Below are positions 1 to 11,395 of a stretch of 64,000 bases of DNA, one piece after another. The DNA comes from Mustelus asterias. Lineage: Eukaryota. The position numbers were made by a program, and so were the translations under genes. The stretch covers positions 186,001 through 250,000 of the forward strand of contig NW_027590159.1 in assembly GCF_964213995.1 (NCBI RefSeq), read 5' to 3'. Each line of letters begins with the position of its first letter. Position 1 is the stretch's first letter. The notes beneath the pieces were generated by a model that saw only the letters and a program-made list of their open reading frames with translations, was not told the origin of the DNA and searched no databases.

Positions 1-157
1 GAATTAGAACGTTTTCGCATCAACCAGTAACTGGATGAAATTTGCTGAACTTACTCAGGGTAATCACTGAATTAATTAGCGCCAATCCACCTTAATTCTG
101 TACTCTATCTCAATTTGGAGCGCTGGATCTCTAAGATTGAGGTTTATTTTTTATGGC

Positions 158-450
158 TTTTTTTTATTAGTGTCACAGTAGGCTTACGGTAACACTGTGA
201 AAAATTTACTGTGTAAATTCCCTAGTCGCTACATACCGTTGCCTGTTCGGGTACACTGGGGAAGAACCTAGCGTGGCCAATGCATCTAAAAAGCACGTCT
301 TTCAAACTATGGAAGGAAACCGAAACAGTCAGAGGAAACCCACGAAGACACGGGGAGAATGTGTAAACTCCACACAGATAGTCACCCAAGCCAGGAATCC
401 AACCTAGGTCCTTGGTGTTGTGAAGTAGTAATGCTAACCACTGTGCCATA
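158..450 (-). mobile_element. tRNA-derived shark SINE (HE1/V-SINE-like), tail subtype 2
   Basis: Reverse complement reads GGCACAGTGGTTAGCATTACT...GGTTGGATTCCTGGCTTGGGTGACT...CCCCAGTGTACCCGAACAGGC...CTAATAAAA; many near copies in window. Confidence 0.85.
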
Positions 451-568
451 GGGAGGCAAGACACTGGTAAGTATCTGCTGTCGGAGGAGCATTTATGCCC
501 ATAGCAAACAGAGGAATCAAAATGAATTAGCAGGTTGGATGTTTAACTCATAAGCAGATGAAAAAAGC

Positions 569-574
569 TTTATT
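569..574 (-). terminator. Polyadenylation signal of secretory IgM mRNA
   Basis: AATAAA on minus strand ~36 nt after the secretory-tail stop codon. Confidence 0.8.
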
Positions 575-610
575 ATTTTTCTTGCAGCTCGAAATATAAC
601 CAATAAATTC

Positions 611-1002
611 TCATTGACATGAACTAACGGGGTCCACCAGTACAGGAGAAATGTTCACAAAACTGGGTTTACCGCTGGATTTGTCAACTGTTTTGTTGAT
701 GATCTTCAAGGGGAGTGCTTCATGTCCCACCACGCAGGAGTAAGAAGTGCCGCTGGCCCACTCCTTCGCTGCAATGGATAACAGGCTGTACATGAAGAAG
801 GAGCCATTCCCGTTCTCCGCCACCACCTCAGTGTTCCTGTAGTTCCCGGGATTCACGGGCTTGTCATTGACGGTCCACTTGACGAAGACCTCTCGGGGGG
901 AGAAACCTCTCACTAAGCAGCTGAGGGAGACGAATTTCTGAGCGGATATTTGTTCTGCCGAGGGCAGGAGGACAGAGACGGACGGTTCCCGTGGATTTGG
1001 AT
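611..1002 (-). CDS. IGHM: IgM CH4 exon plus secretory tailpiece
   Basis: ttttctgcag acceptor; (D)[42 protein letters not shown]...[43 protein letters not shown]; closely resembles shark Cmu4; internal donor AGCG|GTAAAC (GT at 672-671) for splicing to TM exons. Confidence 0.97.
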
Positions 1003-1480
1003 CTGCAGAAAATGTACAATAAATGTTACTAAACTGGAGAATTCTGTAGACAATGAAACGCTGGTTTGATATCAGAAAATTGTGCTTCGCTTTCGAATTT
1101 AAATGTTTCCACTTTTGATTTCCAGCTTGGAGGAGAGGGGAACACAATCGCTTTCTCAAATAACTCAGGGGGTTAGACTGGAAAGTTTCAGAAAGATTAC
1201 AACATAGAAACAGGATATTCGGCCCAACTGTTCTGCGTTGGTTTTTGTGCACGACATCAGGCTCCTCCATCCTTATTCGATCATAAACCAATACCATTCT
1301 CTTCAGATCACTTTTCATTAATCAACATCCCACGTAAAAATATCTACAGGTCCAGAGCGTTTAGTTCGTGGAGTTACCACTCAGAGGAGTGGTAATGCAC
1401 TGAATACTAACTATTGACCATTACACTTACAGTGGAAATAGACACAGTAACGCATTTATTGCTTCAATCTCCCAGCTCAC

Positions 1481-1789
1481 CTGTTTCCTTGTGGATGGAT
1501 TTTCTTAAAGGAGTCGGCAGATCCTGATGGCTCACCACGCAGTCAAACACAGCCCCACTCAGCCAGGCTTGTGTCGAGATGTTTAAGTTGCTGACCACGC
1601 TTTCAGGATCCTCTCCAGGCTTGTCTGCAATCTCTGATTTCAAATAATTCCTGTCTCGGATCCAGGACACGTTGACTCCATAAGGATAATTGAAAATGAT
1701 GCAGGTTAAGGTCACAGTCGCCTCCAGTAAGACTTGTTCTATTGGTGGTGGTTGTATTGTAATTGTGGAATCCGGGCAGTGGGAAGGAC
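1481..1789 (-). CDS. IGHM: IgM CH3 exon
   Basis: tttcattcacag acceptor, G|gtgagc donor, 309 nt, phase 1-1; (G)[29 protein letters not shown]...VSW...[22 protein letters not shown]. Confidence 0.97.
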
Positions 1790-2225
1790 CTGTGAATGAA
1801 AAATGAAAACCAACTCGAGTTCTCCTTCAGAAGCAGGACAGCAATATTCAGCCTAAAGGAGAAGAAGTCGCCTTCGAGTTATCAAACTCTAACTATCGCC
1901 TTTCAACTTCTATGGTGAATGGAAAACCAGGTTGCTCTGTGAAAGTATTCTCTTTATTAAAGTATTGTAGCAGCGGTATCATTCTCATGAATCAGCATTG
2001 CAGCATTCCCACACAAATAGACCATCCTGAACTCAGGAAAAATTAATGGCCGTTGGTTTATAAATAGGGTGGATGCACTTTCCAACATTTTATCCCTACG
2101 CTGTGACCTGTGAAACAGTCCGACATCTACTGTTTCTCCAAATCTTACCAGCTGTGTCAGGAGAAGCTGACATCAAGTCCGCCTCGGTCACTATATTACT
2201 TCAAATTAGAAGGGCGCATTGTTTC

Positions 2226-2520
2226 AAGGAGAGGCAGTGGCATGGTGGTGTTATCAATGGGTTTGTAACCTAGGGCAAAAGTCTGGGGCCATAGATTCGA
2301 ATCTCACCACCAGAAATGATCAAATTTAATTATACTAAAAAACGATATTTAAAAGTCTAACGATCATTATGAAGCCATTGCTGTAAATGGTTCACGAATG
2401 CCCTTTTAAAATGTAAATCTGCTGTCTTTATCTGCTCTGGCATGCATGTGACTCCAGATCCACAGCAACGTCGTCGACTCTTAAGTGCTCTCAGGGAAGG
2501 GCCATGAAGAACATGTCATG
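2226..2520 (+). mobile_element. Second tRNA-headed shark SINE family (degenerate)
   Basis: GGAGAGGCAGTGGCATGGTGGT...ATTCGAATCTCACCAC head and GTGACTCCAGATCCACAGCAAC core; related copies at 16815-17165, 26635-26968, 28530-28882, 42860-43170. Confidence 0.65.
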
Positions 2521-2680
2521 AAAGAATAAAAATAATTGCTGATGTGATGAAATTCTGTATGAGGCGCTATCCGACTGCAGCAAACTACATGACAGCTCTA
2601 TGCTTCGCACGAACTTCAATAAATCTCTAATTCCGATTACCAGATGAATGATTTGTTTTCCCTCGGTTTCCATCCCTTAC

Positions 2681-2986
2681 CCAGAGATCCGGTGATGTTC
2701 TGACTCTGAGTGAGTCCTTGATGAGTGACCTGGCAGGTATAGACCGTTTTGCTGAACCATTCCCCAGCGGAGACTGTCAGCCGACTGCTCGCCGAGAAGT
2801 TTCCGTTCACTTCACAGGCAGGAGAGGTGGCAATTCCTGAATCCATGGGCTGCCCATTCTTCAGCCACTCCACCGTCATTGACTTTGGCTGGAAATCGAT
2901 GATTGAACAGACGATGGTTGCAAATTTCCTGCTTGTGATTTCTTCACTGGAACTCACGGTGAGGATAACGGTTGGGGGGATGTCGC
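2681..2986 (-). CDS. IGHM: IgM CH2 exon
   Basis: Branch-like tctaaac plus tgtttgttgaag acceptor, G|gtaagg donor, 306 nt, phase 1-1; (C)[44 protein letters not shown]...[21 protein letters not shown] second in-frame AG lies ~27 nt further upstream. Confidence 0.95.
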
Positions 2987-3051
2987 CTTCAACAAACACA
3001 CGTTTAGACGTTACTTGAAGGTTCAACTGACAACAATTAAAATTAATGCTT

Positions 3052-3815
3052 TTATTTTAGCACCGGAGCTGCCAATTTGGGAATTATATCCATGGTTTGG
3101 TTGAATTGGTAGGGAAATAGCGAATGGAATTCAACCGTCAAAAGTGCCACGCAATGAATTTGGGAGGGCAAACAAAGCAAGGGAATAGTCGATAAAATGG
3201 AAGATTTCGAGGGATTGAGGAAATGCAAGACCATGGAGTGCATGTCCACAGGTCCTTGTAGATGGTCGGGCAGCTGGAAAAGTTGATCAAGAAAGCATAT
3301 CGGATTAGTTCCTCTATTATGTGAGATATTGAATACAAAAACAGTGATGCAATGATGCAATAAAACGCTAGGTAGGCTACGTTTGGAGTTTGCTGTTCAG
3401 TTCTGGTCACCACGTTGCAGGAATGACGTAATGGCTCTAGAGAGAGATGACGCTGACAAGAATGTTGCCAGGGACTGAAAATTCCCGCCATGAGGAGAGA
3501 TTGGATAGGCAGGGGTTTTTCGCCTTAGAAAAAGAGGAGGCTGAGGCGTGACATAATTGTGGTTCACAAAATTAGAAGGGACGTAGGCAGAAATAATTCA
3601 TCCCCCAAGTCGAGGGCTCAATTACCAGGAAGCATGGTCATTTAAAAGGTCATTACGTCTGCATCTCAGGTGCTTTAACCTGCACGGCTACGGCGCAAGG
3701 GCTGGAAAATGGACTCCAAATGTCTGGCTAGTTTATTTGTTCTCCCTTTTGGCCAGCACAGACATGATGGGCTCAATGGCCTCATTCTGCACAGTAACAG
3801 TCCTGTTGTTCTTTG
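3052..3815 (+). mobile_element. Degenerate CR1 LINE 3' fragment in CH1-CH2 intron
   Basis: Relics of CR1 ORF2 C-terminus (CAGTTCTGGTCACCAC = QFWSP) and CR1-type 3' UTR (GATGGGCTCAATGGCCTC). Confidence 0.8.
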
Positions 3816-3961
3816 GTTCTGAACAACTTTTCAGTCAGTAGACACGTACTTGGATTTTGAATAATTCAATTTTTTTCAGAATGCTACATATCAGTTATAA
3901 CTAAAGCCTTATACAGTTCAATCACAGCGTTCCTGTCTTGCCCAAGTTCCACAACACTTAC

Positions 3962-4261
3962 ATTGCATTCCAATGCTCTTGACGGAGTCGCTGTGTCGAA
4001 CCTCACAGTCGATTTTGCTGCACTCTCCCTCTGACTGGGTGATGGTTAACTGGCTGCTCAGGGTATAGGTTCCCTTCGCGTTTCTCACTGACGGATAAGT
4101 CTTAAATCCAGTGGCGATCAGCTGCCCATTTTTCTTCCAGGTCAGTTTGGAGACATCTGGAGAGTAGTCCATCGCCAAACAGCCGTAGATGATGGAGCCA
4201 GCGGAGTTGTGTTGCTGACAGGAAGAGACGAGGCTGTAGAGAGTGGGCGGAGACGGTGTCG
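3962..4261 (-). CDS. IGHM: IgM CH1 exon
   Basis: ttctttcccag acceptor, T|gtaagt donor, 300 nt, phase 1-1; (A)[45 protein letters not shown]...[21 protein letters not shown]...DCEVRH; N-terminal Cys (probable light-chain link) present. Confidence 0.97.
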
Positions 4262-4357
4262 CTGGGAAAGAATAGTCGATTCAACAAGTTAGACTCTTAC
4301 TTGCGTTTATTAATTAGTCAAACATATTTATACAAGTAAGTTTCTATATTAGGTATA

Positions 4358-4495
4358 GCTCTTGGGGCTAAAAGGATCAATGGATATGGGTAGTAGACGG
4401 GGTCAGGATATTGATGAGCTGTGATCAAAGTGAATGGTAGAGCAGTGTCAAAGGGCCGAATGGCCTACTCCTGCTTCTATTTTCTATGTTTCTAC
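4358..4495 (+). mobile_element. CR1 3' tail fragment
   Basis: AAGGGCCGAATGGCCTACTCCTGCTTCTATTTTCTATGTTTCTA, same type of tail as the long CR1 at ~56400. Confidence 0.8.
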
Positions 4496-4789
4496 ATCAC
4501 GATTTGTCTAGAATTATGAACTTAACTTTATATTTCCCGATTAAGACCTACATACACCTTTCAGCTTTTGTTACTCCTATCATTTGAGAATCGCCATCTT
4601 TGTAGAAACTCACATCACTGTCTTGACCTCTATCAGATTGGAAAGACAAACACATTTTGATGTCATTGTAATGACATACCATTCATTGGATTAACAGAGA
4701 AGTGTAAAGAGTTTCTCCATTACTTCAGGCACGAGCTATTTCTCAAACAACAGCACTTTGTGATGAAGAAGTTGTCTCTTCATTCATAT

Positions 4790-4915
4790 CAGCCACTCGC
4801 CTGATGCAAGAGCTCCAAAAGCTCACGATTCCAAATAAGCCTGTTGTACTTTAACCTGGTGTTGTGAGACTCCTTACTGTGCCCACCCCAACCTAGCGTC
4901 GGCATATCCACATTG
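4790..4915 (+). mobile_element. Penelope-like terminal repeat fragment (family A)
   Basis: CCTGATG..GAGCTCC-AAAAGCTC..CCAAATAAGCCTGTTG..TTTAACCTGGTGTTGTGAGAC; reverse-orientation copies at 43937-44060 and 53068-53130. Confidence 0.55.
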
Positions 4916-5237
4916 TAGTTTTGTATATTGCCTGTGTACAAACTAACTGATGTCCCTTCCTCTCTCCAACTCACTGCCTCTCACTCCACAAAACGAAGAT
5001 TAGTGACATTGCTTCAAAACTACCTTCGGAATGAATACTTACTGAATGACCAGGAAACTCTAAATGTGATTACAAATTCAAATAATTGCAACATTGACTA
5101 ATTGAAGGGTCAGACATTAATAGCAAGAGTTGGCCATTCGGGCCCTGACGTCTCCTCCATTATTCACTGAGATTACAGATGATCTGGTTGTGGTGCTCGC
5201 TCTAATTTGCACATTCTCACTCCGCCCGTCGATCACC

Positions 5238-5815
5238 CACTCTCTGCCCATTTTCCCCGACTCTCTGCGCTTTCCCCTGGCTCTCTGCTATTCCCTGTGG
5301 CTCTTTTCCCCTTTCACCTGGCTCTCTACACTTCCTTCCAGCTCTGTCCCCTCTCCCCCGGCTCCCTGCCCTTTACCTCAGCTCCCTACCCTTTCCCCCG
5401 GCTCTCTGCCCGGTGTCCCTGCTCCATATCCACTTTGCCCTTTCCCCTGGCTCTCTGCCCTTTCCCCCTGACTCTCTGCCTTTCCCCCTGACTCTCTGCC
5501 CTTTCCTCTGGGCTCTCTTGTCCTTTTCCTCGGCTCTCTGTCCTTTCCCCGGCCTCCCTGCCCTTTATCCTGGCTCTCCCCTCTTTCCCTGGTCTCTCTG
5601 CCCTTTCTCCTGGTTCTCTGCCCTTTCACCTGGCTCCCTGCCCTTTCTATTAGCTCTCTGCCCTTTCTTCTGGCTCTCTGCGCTTTCTCCTGACTCTCTG
5701 CCCTTTCCCGGCTCTCAGCCCTTTGCCCGGCTGTGGGCCCATTCCCCAGGCTCTCTGCCCTTCCCCCCGGCTCTCTGCCCTTTAGCACGCCTCCTGTTCT
5801 CCCCGGCTCTTTGCC
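5238..5815 (-). repeat. ~20-bp degenerate tandem array, G/purine-rich on the Ig sense strand
   Basis: Plus strand repeats CTCTCTGCCCTTTCCCC(T/C)GG about 28 times; sense strand CCAGGGGAAAGGGCAGAGAG. Confidence 0.92.
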
Positions 5816-5927
5816 ATTGTCCTTGGCCCTGAGCCCCCAGGGATTCCGCCCAGCTCTCCACATTCGCAGGGCAGCTCCCACATTTGAACACCAAACTGCC
5901 GCTTGGAATCGTTCTTCTCTCTCGTTG

Positions 5928-6080
5928 GGATGAGTGAGTTGGGATTTGTGAGTGGGGATGAATGAGTGAAAGTGTGTCAGCGAGGGAAGGTAGGTAAGTG
6001 AGGGTGAGTGAGTCAAGATCTTTGAGTGCGGATGAAACATTGAGGGTGAGTGAGTAAGTGTGGGTGAGGGTGAGAGAGTC
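5928..6080. repeat. (GTGA)n-like low-complexity tract
   Basis: Repeated GAGTGAGT/GAGGGTGAGT units. Confidence 0.8.
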
Positions 6081-6439
6081 AGTGGGCCACCTCCGCCTCT
6101 TCCTCTCCATCGATCTTTTCCCGATTCTCCACATTGATCAGCTTTCAGTCACAGGGATGTGTAAATCACCGGGCAGCTGCTTTAATGTCGATGTCTTTCT
6201 TTAAGAAACACGTACCAGTGAACAAATAGTCAGGCTGAGGGAGCTGTAGGGAAGCTGACAGCAAAACTAGGATGGGTCGCACAGGAATCAAACACCAAGT
6301 TTACACCAGTATTGGGGAGCCAGGCGGCCTTGGTCTCAGCCAATTCCCTTCTTATTTTTTGGGTGTTTGTGTCCGGCTTAACACATGGAAATTCCTACTT
6401 CTGACCTCATGTTGGATGGAATGTCACTGTTGAAGCAGT

Positions 6440-6632
6440 AGAAGATTGTTGCTCCCAGAACACTCCCCTGCCGAAATCCTGCAGTGAAATCTGAACTTAG
6501 ATGTTTGACCTCCAACCACCAATACCATGTTGCTTTGTGCTAAGTATGACTCCAAACAGAGAAGAATTTCCCGCCGATTCTTATTGACTTGAGTTTTGCT
6601 CGGGCCCCTTGATCCCACCCTCATTCAAATGC
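6440..6632 (-). mobile_element. Non-LTR (CR1/Jockey-group) RT fragment, second LINE family
   Basis: Translates as LESYLAQSNMVLVVGGQTS; same family as 19880-20620 and 35800-37925. Confidence 0.7.
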
Positions 6633-6636
6633 TACC

Positions 6637-6704
6637 GGGGTGGGGGTGGGGGGGGGGGGGGTGGGGGGTGGGGGGTGGGGGGGGGGGTCGGGTGGGGGGG
6701 GGGG
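6637..6704 (+). repeat. Poly-G tract (G-quadruplex-prone)
   Basis: ~68 nt of G runs interrupted by single T/C. Confidence 0.9.
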
Positions 6705-7010
6705 CATGGTGGCACAGTAATTAGCCCTGCTGCCTCAGAGTTGGATTCCCGACTTGGGTCACTGTCTGTGTGGAGTTTGCAAGTTCCCCCCATGTCTGTT
6801 TGGGTTTCCTTCGGGTGCTTCTGTTTCCTTCCACAGTTCAAAGATGTGTGGGTTCGATGGATTGGCCGTGCTAAATTGCCCCTTAGTGTCAGGGGGACTA
6901 GTTAGGGTAAATACATGTGGTTATGGGGATAGGGCTTTGGTGGGATTGCTATTGGTGCAGACTCGATGGGCTGAATGGCTTCCTTCTGCACTGTAGCATC
7001 CTATGATTTT
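6702..7010 (+). mobile_element. HE1-like SINE, tail subtype 1 (CR1-derived tail)
   Basis: GGCATGGTGGCACAGT...GGTCACTGTCTGTGTGGAGTTTGCA...GCAGACTCGATGGGCTGAATGGCTTCCTTCTGCACTGTAG..CTATGATT. Confidence 0.88.
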
Positions 7011-7051
7011 ACTCTATGGTGTCAAGGACAGACACTCGATGTGAGATTGAA

Positions 7052-7077
7052 AGTGTGTGAGAGAGAGAGAGAAAGAG

Positions 7078-7128
<51 letters not shown>

Positions 7129-7647
7129 GAGAGAGAGAGAATGTGTGTGTGAGGATGCCTGTGTATGATAGAATGCGTTTGCACGTGTGTGAGACAGTGG
7201 GCTGTGCGTGCAAGAGGGGAGAGTGTGTGAGAGAAAGGATGTGTGAGATAATGTGTGTGTGAGAGACAGAATGTGTGTTTGAAGAATTATTCTTTCTGTG
7301 TGAGAGTGTGTCCCTTCTTGAAAATGTATATGTGTGGAGGGGCGGGGAGAGTTTGTGTGGGGAGTCTGTGTGAAAGAGTACTTCTGTGTGTGATTGTGTG
7401 TATGTTGATGTGAAAGGGAGTGTGTCTATTTGAGATACACGATGTCTGTGAAAGAGAGTGTGTGTGCCTGAGAGGGAGGGTATGTGTGTGGGAGAGTGTT
7501 GTGTTCATGTGAAAGACAGTGTGTGTGAGAGGGAGTGCCTATTGGAAAGTAAAATAATATGTTCATCAGTGTGTGAAACTGTGCATGGGATGGCGTGTGA
7601 GTGCGAAAGATGTGTACAATGTGTGTGGGAGATAGAAGCAATGTGGG

Positions 7648-7695
<48 letters not shown>

Positions 7696-8732
7696 AGGGG
7701 CGGGGAGAGTGTGTGTGAGCGAGAAAAAGTGTGAAACTTAGACAGAGTGGATGCGTGAGTGTGTGTGAGTGAATTGACTGTTGAGAGAAGATGTGTCTGT
7801 GATAGGTGGAGTGTTTAAAGAGAGATACATTGTATATATATGTGTGTTCGTGTGTAAGAGAAGGAGAGACTGTGTGCGAGATTTTGTGCGTGTGAAAGAG
7901 AGGGTGTTTGTGAGAGACAGTGTTTGAGAGCAAGATTGTGCATGTGTGAGACAATGTGTAAGGGAGTGAGCGTGTGAAAGAGAGAGAAATATGTACCTGT
8001 GTGAGAGAATGCGTGTGCAAGTGTCCGTATGAGAGAGTGAGAGCATGGGAATGTGTGTGAGACGAAGTGAGAGTGTACGGAAGAGGGAATGTGAGAGGCA
8101 TAGTGCATGCGTGTGTGTGAGAGAGAGAATGGGTGCGCGAGACTGTGCTTATGTGAGAGACTGTGTCTGTGTGTAAGAGTGTGTGTTAGAGTGTGTGCAT
8201 GTGTCTATGTTTGTGAGAGAGTGTTTGTGAGAGAGCCAGTGTGTGAGAGCAAGAATGTAGAGGTGTGAGACAGTGTGTGCAAGAGAGATAGAAATATGTG
8301 CGTGTCTGTGAGCGAGAGAGATGCGTGTGCAAGAGGAATTGTGAGAGAGCGTGTGAAGAAATGTGAGACAGCTTGAGCATGTGTGACAGAGAGTGGGGGA
8401 GAGAGTGCATGTGAGAGTGCGTGTGCGAGAGTGTGAGACTGTGCTTATGTGAGAGTGTGTGTCTGTGTATAAGAGAGAATGCGTGGGTGTGTGGGGATGT
8501 GATTGCTTTTGTGTATAGGGGTGTGAGAGATTGATGGAGAGAGCGAGACGATGTATGTATTTGTATTTGAGAGAATGCATGTGTAACGTGAGAGAGAGAG
8601 ATGTGTATGGGTGTGTGAGAGGTCGTATGAGAGAGAAAGTAAGTGTGAGTATGTATGTGTGTGTGCATGTGTGAGAGTATATGAGAGTGTGTATGTGTGT
8701 ATTTATGTGTGTAAGAGTTTGTGTGACGTGTG
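7052..8732. repeat. 1.7-kb (GT/GA)n cryptic microsatellite
   Basis: Continuous GTGT/GAGA low-complexity sequence with pure (GA)n and (GT)n runs. Confidence 0.95.
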
Positions 8733-8934
8733 AAAGTCTATATCTAGTTAATTCAGTTTGGAAATGCGCCCTCACTCCAGACAAACTCACCCACTCTCAC
8801 AGTAAATGGGAGTGACAAGTGAGCACAATACGGAGCGCGGGGCAAGGGTTGGAAAAACATTTAAATCTTTCACAATCAGTCGCAATTGAATAATTTCCGC
8901 TTTTCTCAATGAGCGAAAACTGTAAAAACTTTAA

Positions 8935-9350
8935 AAAATTGACACAATCCAGGGCAAAGCCACCAACAAGATTATGCGCTCCCTCATTCACCCTATTCGC
9001 TCTCTCCATCACTAACAAGCAGTGACAGCAGTGTGTATTATATACAAGATGCACTGCAACAACTCACCAAGGCTCCGTAGAAAACATTGTCCAAACCCGC
9101 TGCCTTTATATCCTAACAGAACAAGGGCAGCAGCCACATATGAAGACTACCACCTGCAAGCTCCCCTCCAAGACACACACCATCCTGACTTGAAACAATA
9201 TCTCAGTTCCTTCACAGTCGCTGGATGGGTCAAAATCCTGGAACATCCTGCCTAACAGCACGGCGGATGCCTGCAGCATATGGACTGCAGTTATTCAAGG
9301 ATGCTTCATAGCAACACTTTCTCAGGTAGGATTAAAAATTCTGACCGAGC
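8935..9350 (+). mobile_element. 3' fragment of second LINE family
   Basis: GCAGTGTGTATTATATACAAGATGCACTGCAACAACTCACCAAGGCTCC...GTTCCTTCACAGTCGCTGG; homologous to 33040-33470 and 37540-37925. Confidence 0.75.
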
Positions 9351-9388
9351 AAATGACTCTAAAATGTCTTCAGAAGATTAAAAATAAG

Positions 9389-9396
9389 ATGCAAAT
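9389..9396 (+). promoter_or_regulatory. Perfect octamer motif in J-C intron
   Basis: ATGCAAAT at the CH1-side edge of the TE-free intron block; function untested. Confidence 0.3.
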
Positions 9397-9794
9397 GAAT
9401 TTGACCCTTCAACTGTCATACTAAACAGATCAGGGACTGCTATCGTACGGAGCACAATATAGTAAATCTCACTTTGCATTTGCTCATCGAACATTCCCAA
9501 GGCCGGTACATCACTGGTTAAAAATCACTCAAATCTCCCTCTACAGTCTGACGTTTCTGCTCTCTCTAACGGTCACAATATGCTTCAGGGATCTCATTTC
9601 TGAGACGCCGAGTCAAACGTCAAGTCAGACTGCCACATTTCTCACAGATAAAAGTTTATTGAAGAAATAAATCAAATTTCACTCCCTGAAATACAGCAGA
9701 AGGAACCAGAAGTTTTACAACCAGTCAGGCAGATTCCTGGTCCCAACACATTGACCACGCGCACAGAAACAGAACAGACACAAACGGTGCAACA

Positions 9795-11395
9795 ATCCAG
9801 TGCCCAGCAGATAGATCTGTTCAATCTGTCAATTTCATTCAAACTGTTGGATTCTAATTGATCAATGGCCAACTTACAACAACAGAAAATTAATAACCTA
9901 TTTTAAATTAAACTGATATTCATTTCAAAACTCCTATCGACTGTTAATTATTCCTCTGTCTCACTCCTCGAAAACTATGTAAAAATGCAATTTCGCCGAA
10001 AATGAGCAATCAAAAATAACAGATTCGGGACAGTTCAATGTCCCTAACAGAGATGCAGTGACACAGCAAGAAGTAACCAAACCAAGAAACATTTACATTG
10101 AAAATCATTACCTGATTAGATCTAATTTCTTAATTAAATGTAATCAACAAATTAATCAAAGCAAAACACTTTATCGAGTGAGCACAGCTGAGTAAAGTAA
10201 TGTTTTGTTTCTGAATTCATTTCCGATACAATTGAACATTCTCTAAAACGGATTGTATTTTGCACGCCTGTACAATATTCAAGGTAGTTTGTTTTGAATT
10301 AATCAGCAGCAATATTATATTTTACGTTATTGTTCATTACTAATTAGTTCTCCTGTCAGCTCATTTGTACTCTATAATGAAGTGAGTTTTCAATCATTCA
10401 AAATGTGCTTCTGCCTCCAACATTGTCAAATAATTAGGTTACAATTAAATCTTAGACAATGTTAAATATAATTTCAAATTACTGAACAGAAACATTCAGA
10501 CATCTGTCATTCATTTACTTAAATCTAATCACATTGTAATATTTTACTTTTTCACTTTAACTACAAATGTCTTATCAAACGTGTTAAAATTGCATACTGC
10601 TGAATATGGAGAGACTGTAACGGCCTGGCAGTTTGAAATCAATAATACTGCTTCCAAGATTTAGTAATTTAGAACATCCATATAACTTAATTACTGAGCA
10701 CATTGTTTAATTAAAGAAGATCTGAATTAAACCGTGCAAACACAAAGAGGACAATTGATTCAAATTCTCTGTAGCACTAAAACATGATGCAGAATGGAAG
10801 TCCAGACTTTTTCTTCATTATGATATTTAATAAGAATTAAACATAAGGTTCAGATAGAATCAATTCTTCTATTCTGTCATTTATTCTTCCCATAATTCTA
10901 TCCTGTGTTCAGCAGTAATGGGAGACATGATGTTATTATCAAGTGCAGAGATAACAGTATTTTTATAGTATTTATAATAGTATAATATTTTTATTTAAAT
11001 TAATCTTTTTGAATTTCAAGCATTAACTTGCCCATCTCTAGCCAGTTTCTGTTGACACTTTACTACAATTCAAACACAATTATGTGAACAATTGCTTGAG
11101 TGTCAGCGAATTCCACCTGTCAGAAAACTCTGTTCGCTCTGTCAAATTTATTCAAACTGTTTGATTCTAATTGATCTAAGGTCAAATTACAACTGCAAAA
11201 AAGTCAATAAAATTTTTTAAATTAACCTGATGTTAATTTCAAATCTCCCTTCGCCTTTTAACTATCTCTCCCTGTCTGTCTCAAATCATGAAATCTGGGC
11301 AAAAATGTATTTTTTCTGAAAATGAGCACCTCAAATATAACAGATTCAGGGTAGTGTAATGTCCCTAACAGAGATACAGTGTCTCTGTAAGAATT
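9795..11395. repeat. Diverged ~280-bp direct repeat pair (9795-10075; 11110-11395)
   Basis: Shared ATTCAAACTGTT.GATTCTAATTGATC and AACAGATTC.GG..AGT..AATGTCCCTAACAGAGAT.CAGTG. Confidence 0.85.

Noticed and set aside
1-610. Transmembrane exons
   Set aside because: No TM-like exon seen; the region is 3' UTR plus a SINE, so TM exons should lie outside the window.
1003-1318. N-terminal ~105 aa of the 235-aa ORF 611..1318
   Set aside because: Intronic read-through upstream of the CH4 splice acceptor; no Ig character.
611-4261. IgW or IgNAR identity
   Set aside because: Four C exons with mu-type sequences, a CH1 with N-terminal Cys, a mu-type tailpiece and a conventional VH with full FR2/CDR2 indicate IgM.
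5130-8790. Many 100-220-aa ORFs (Pro/Leu-, Arg/Gly-, His/Thr-, Val/Cys-rich)
   Set aside because: Artefacts of stop-poor low-complexity repeats.
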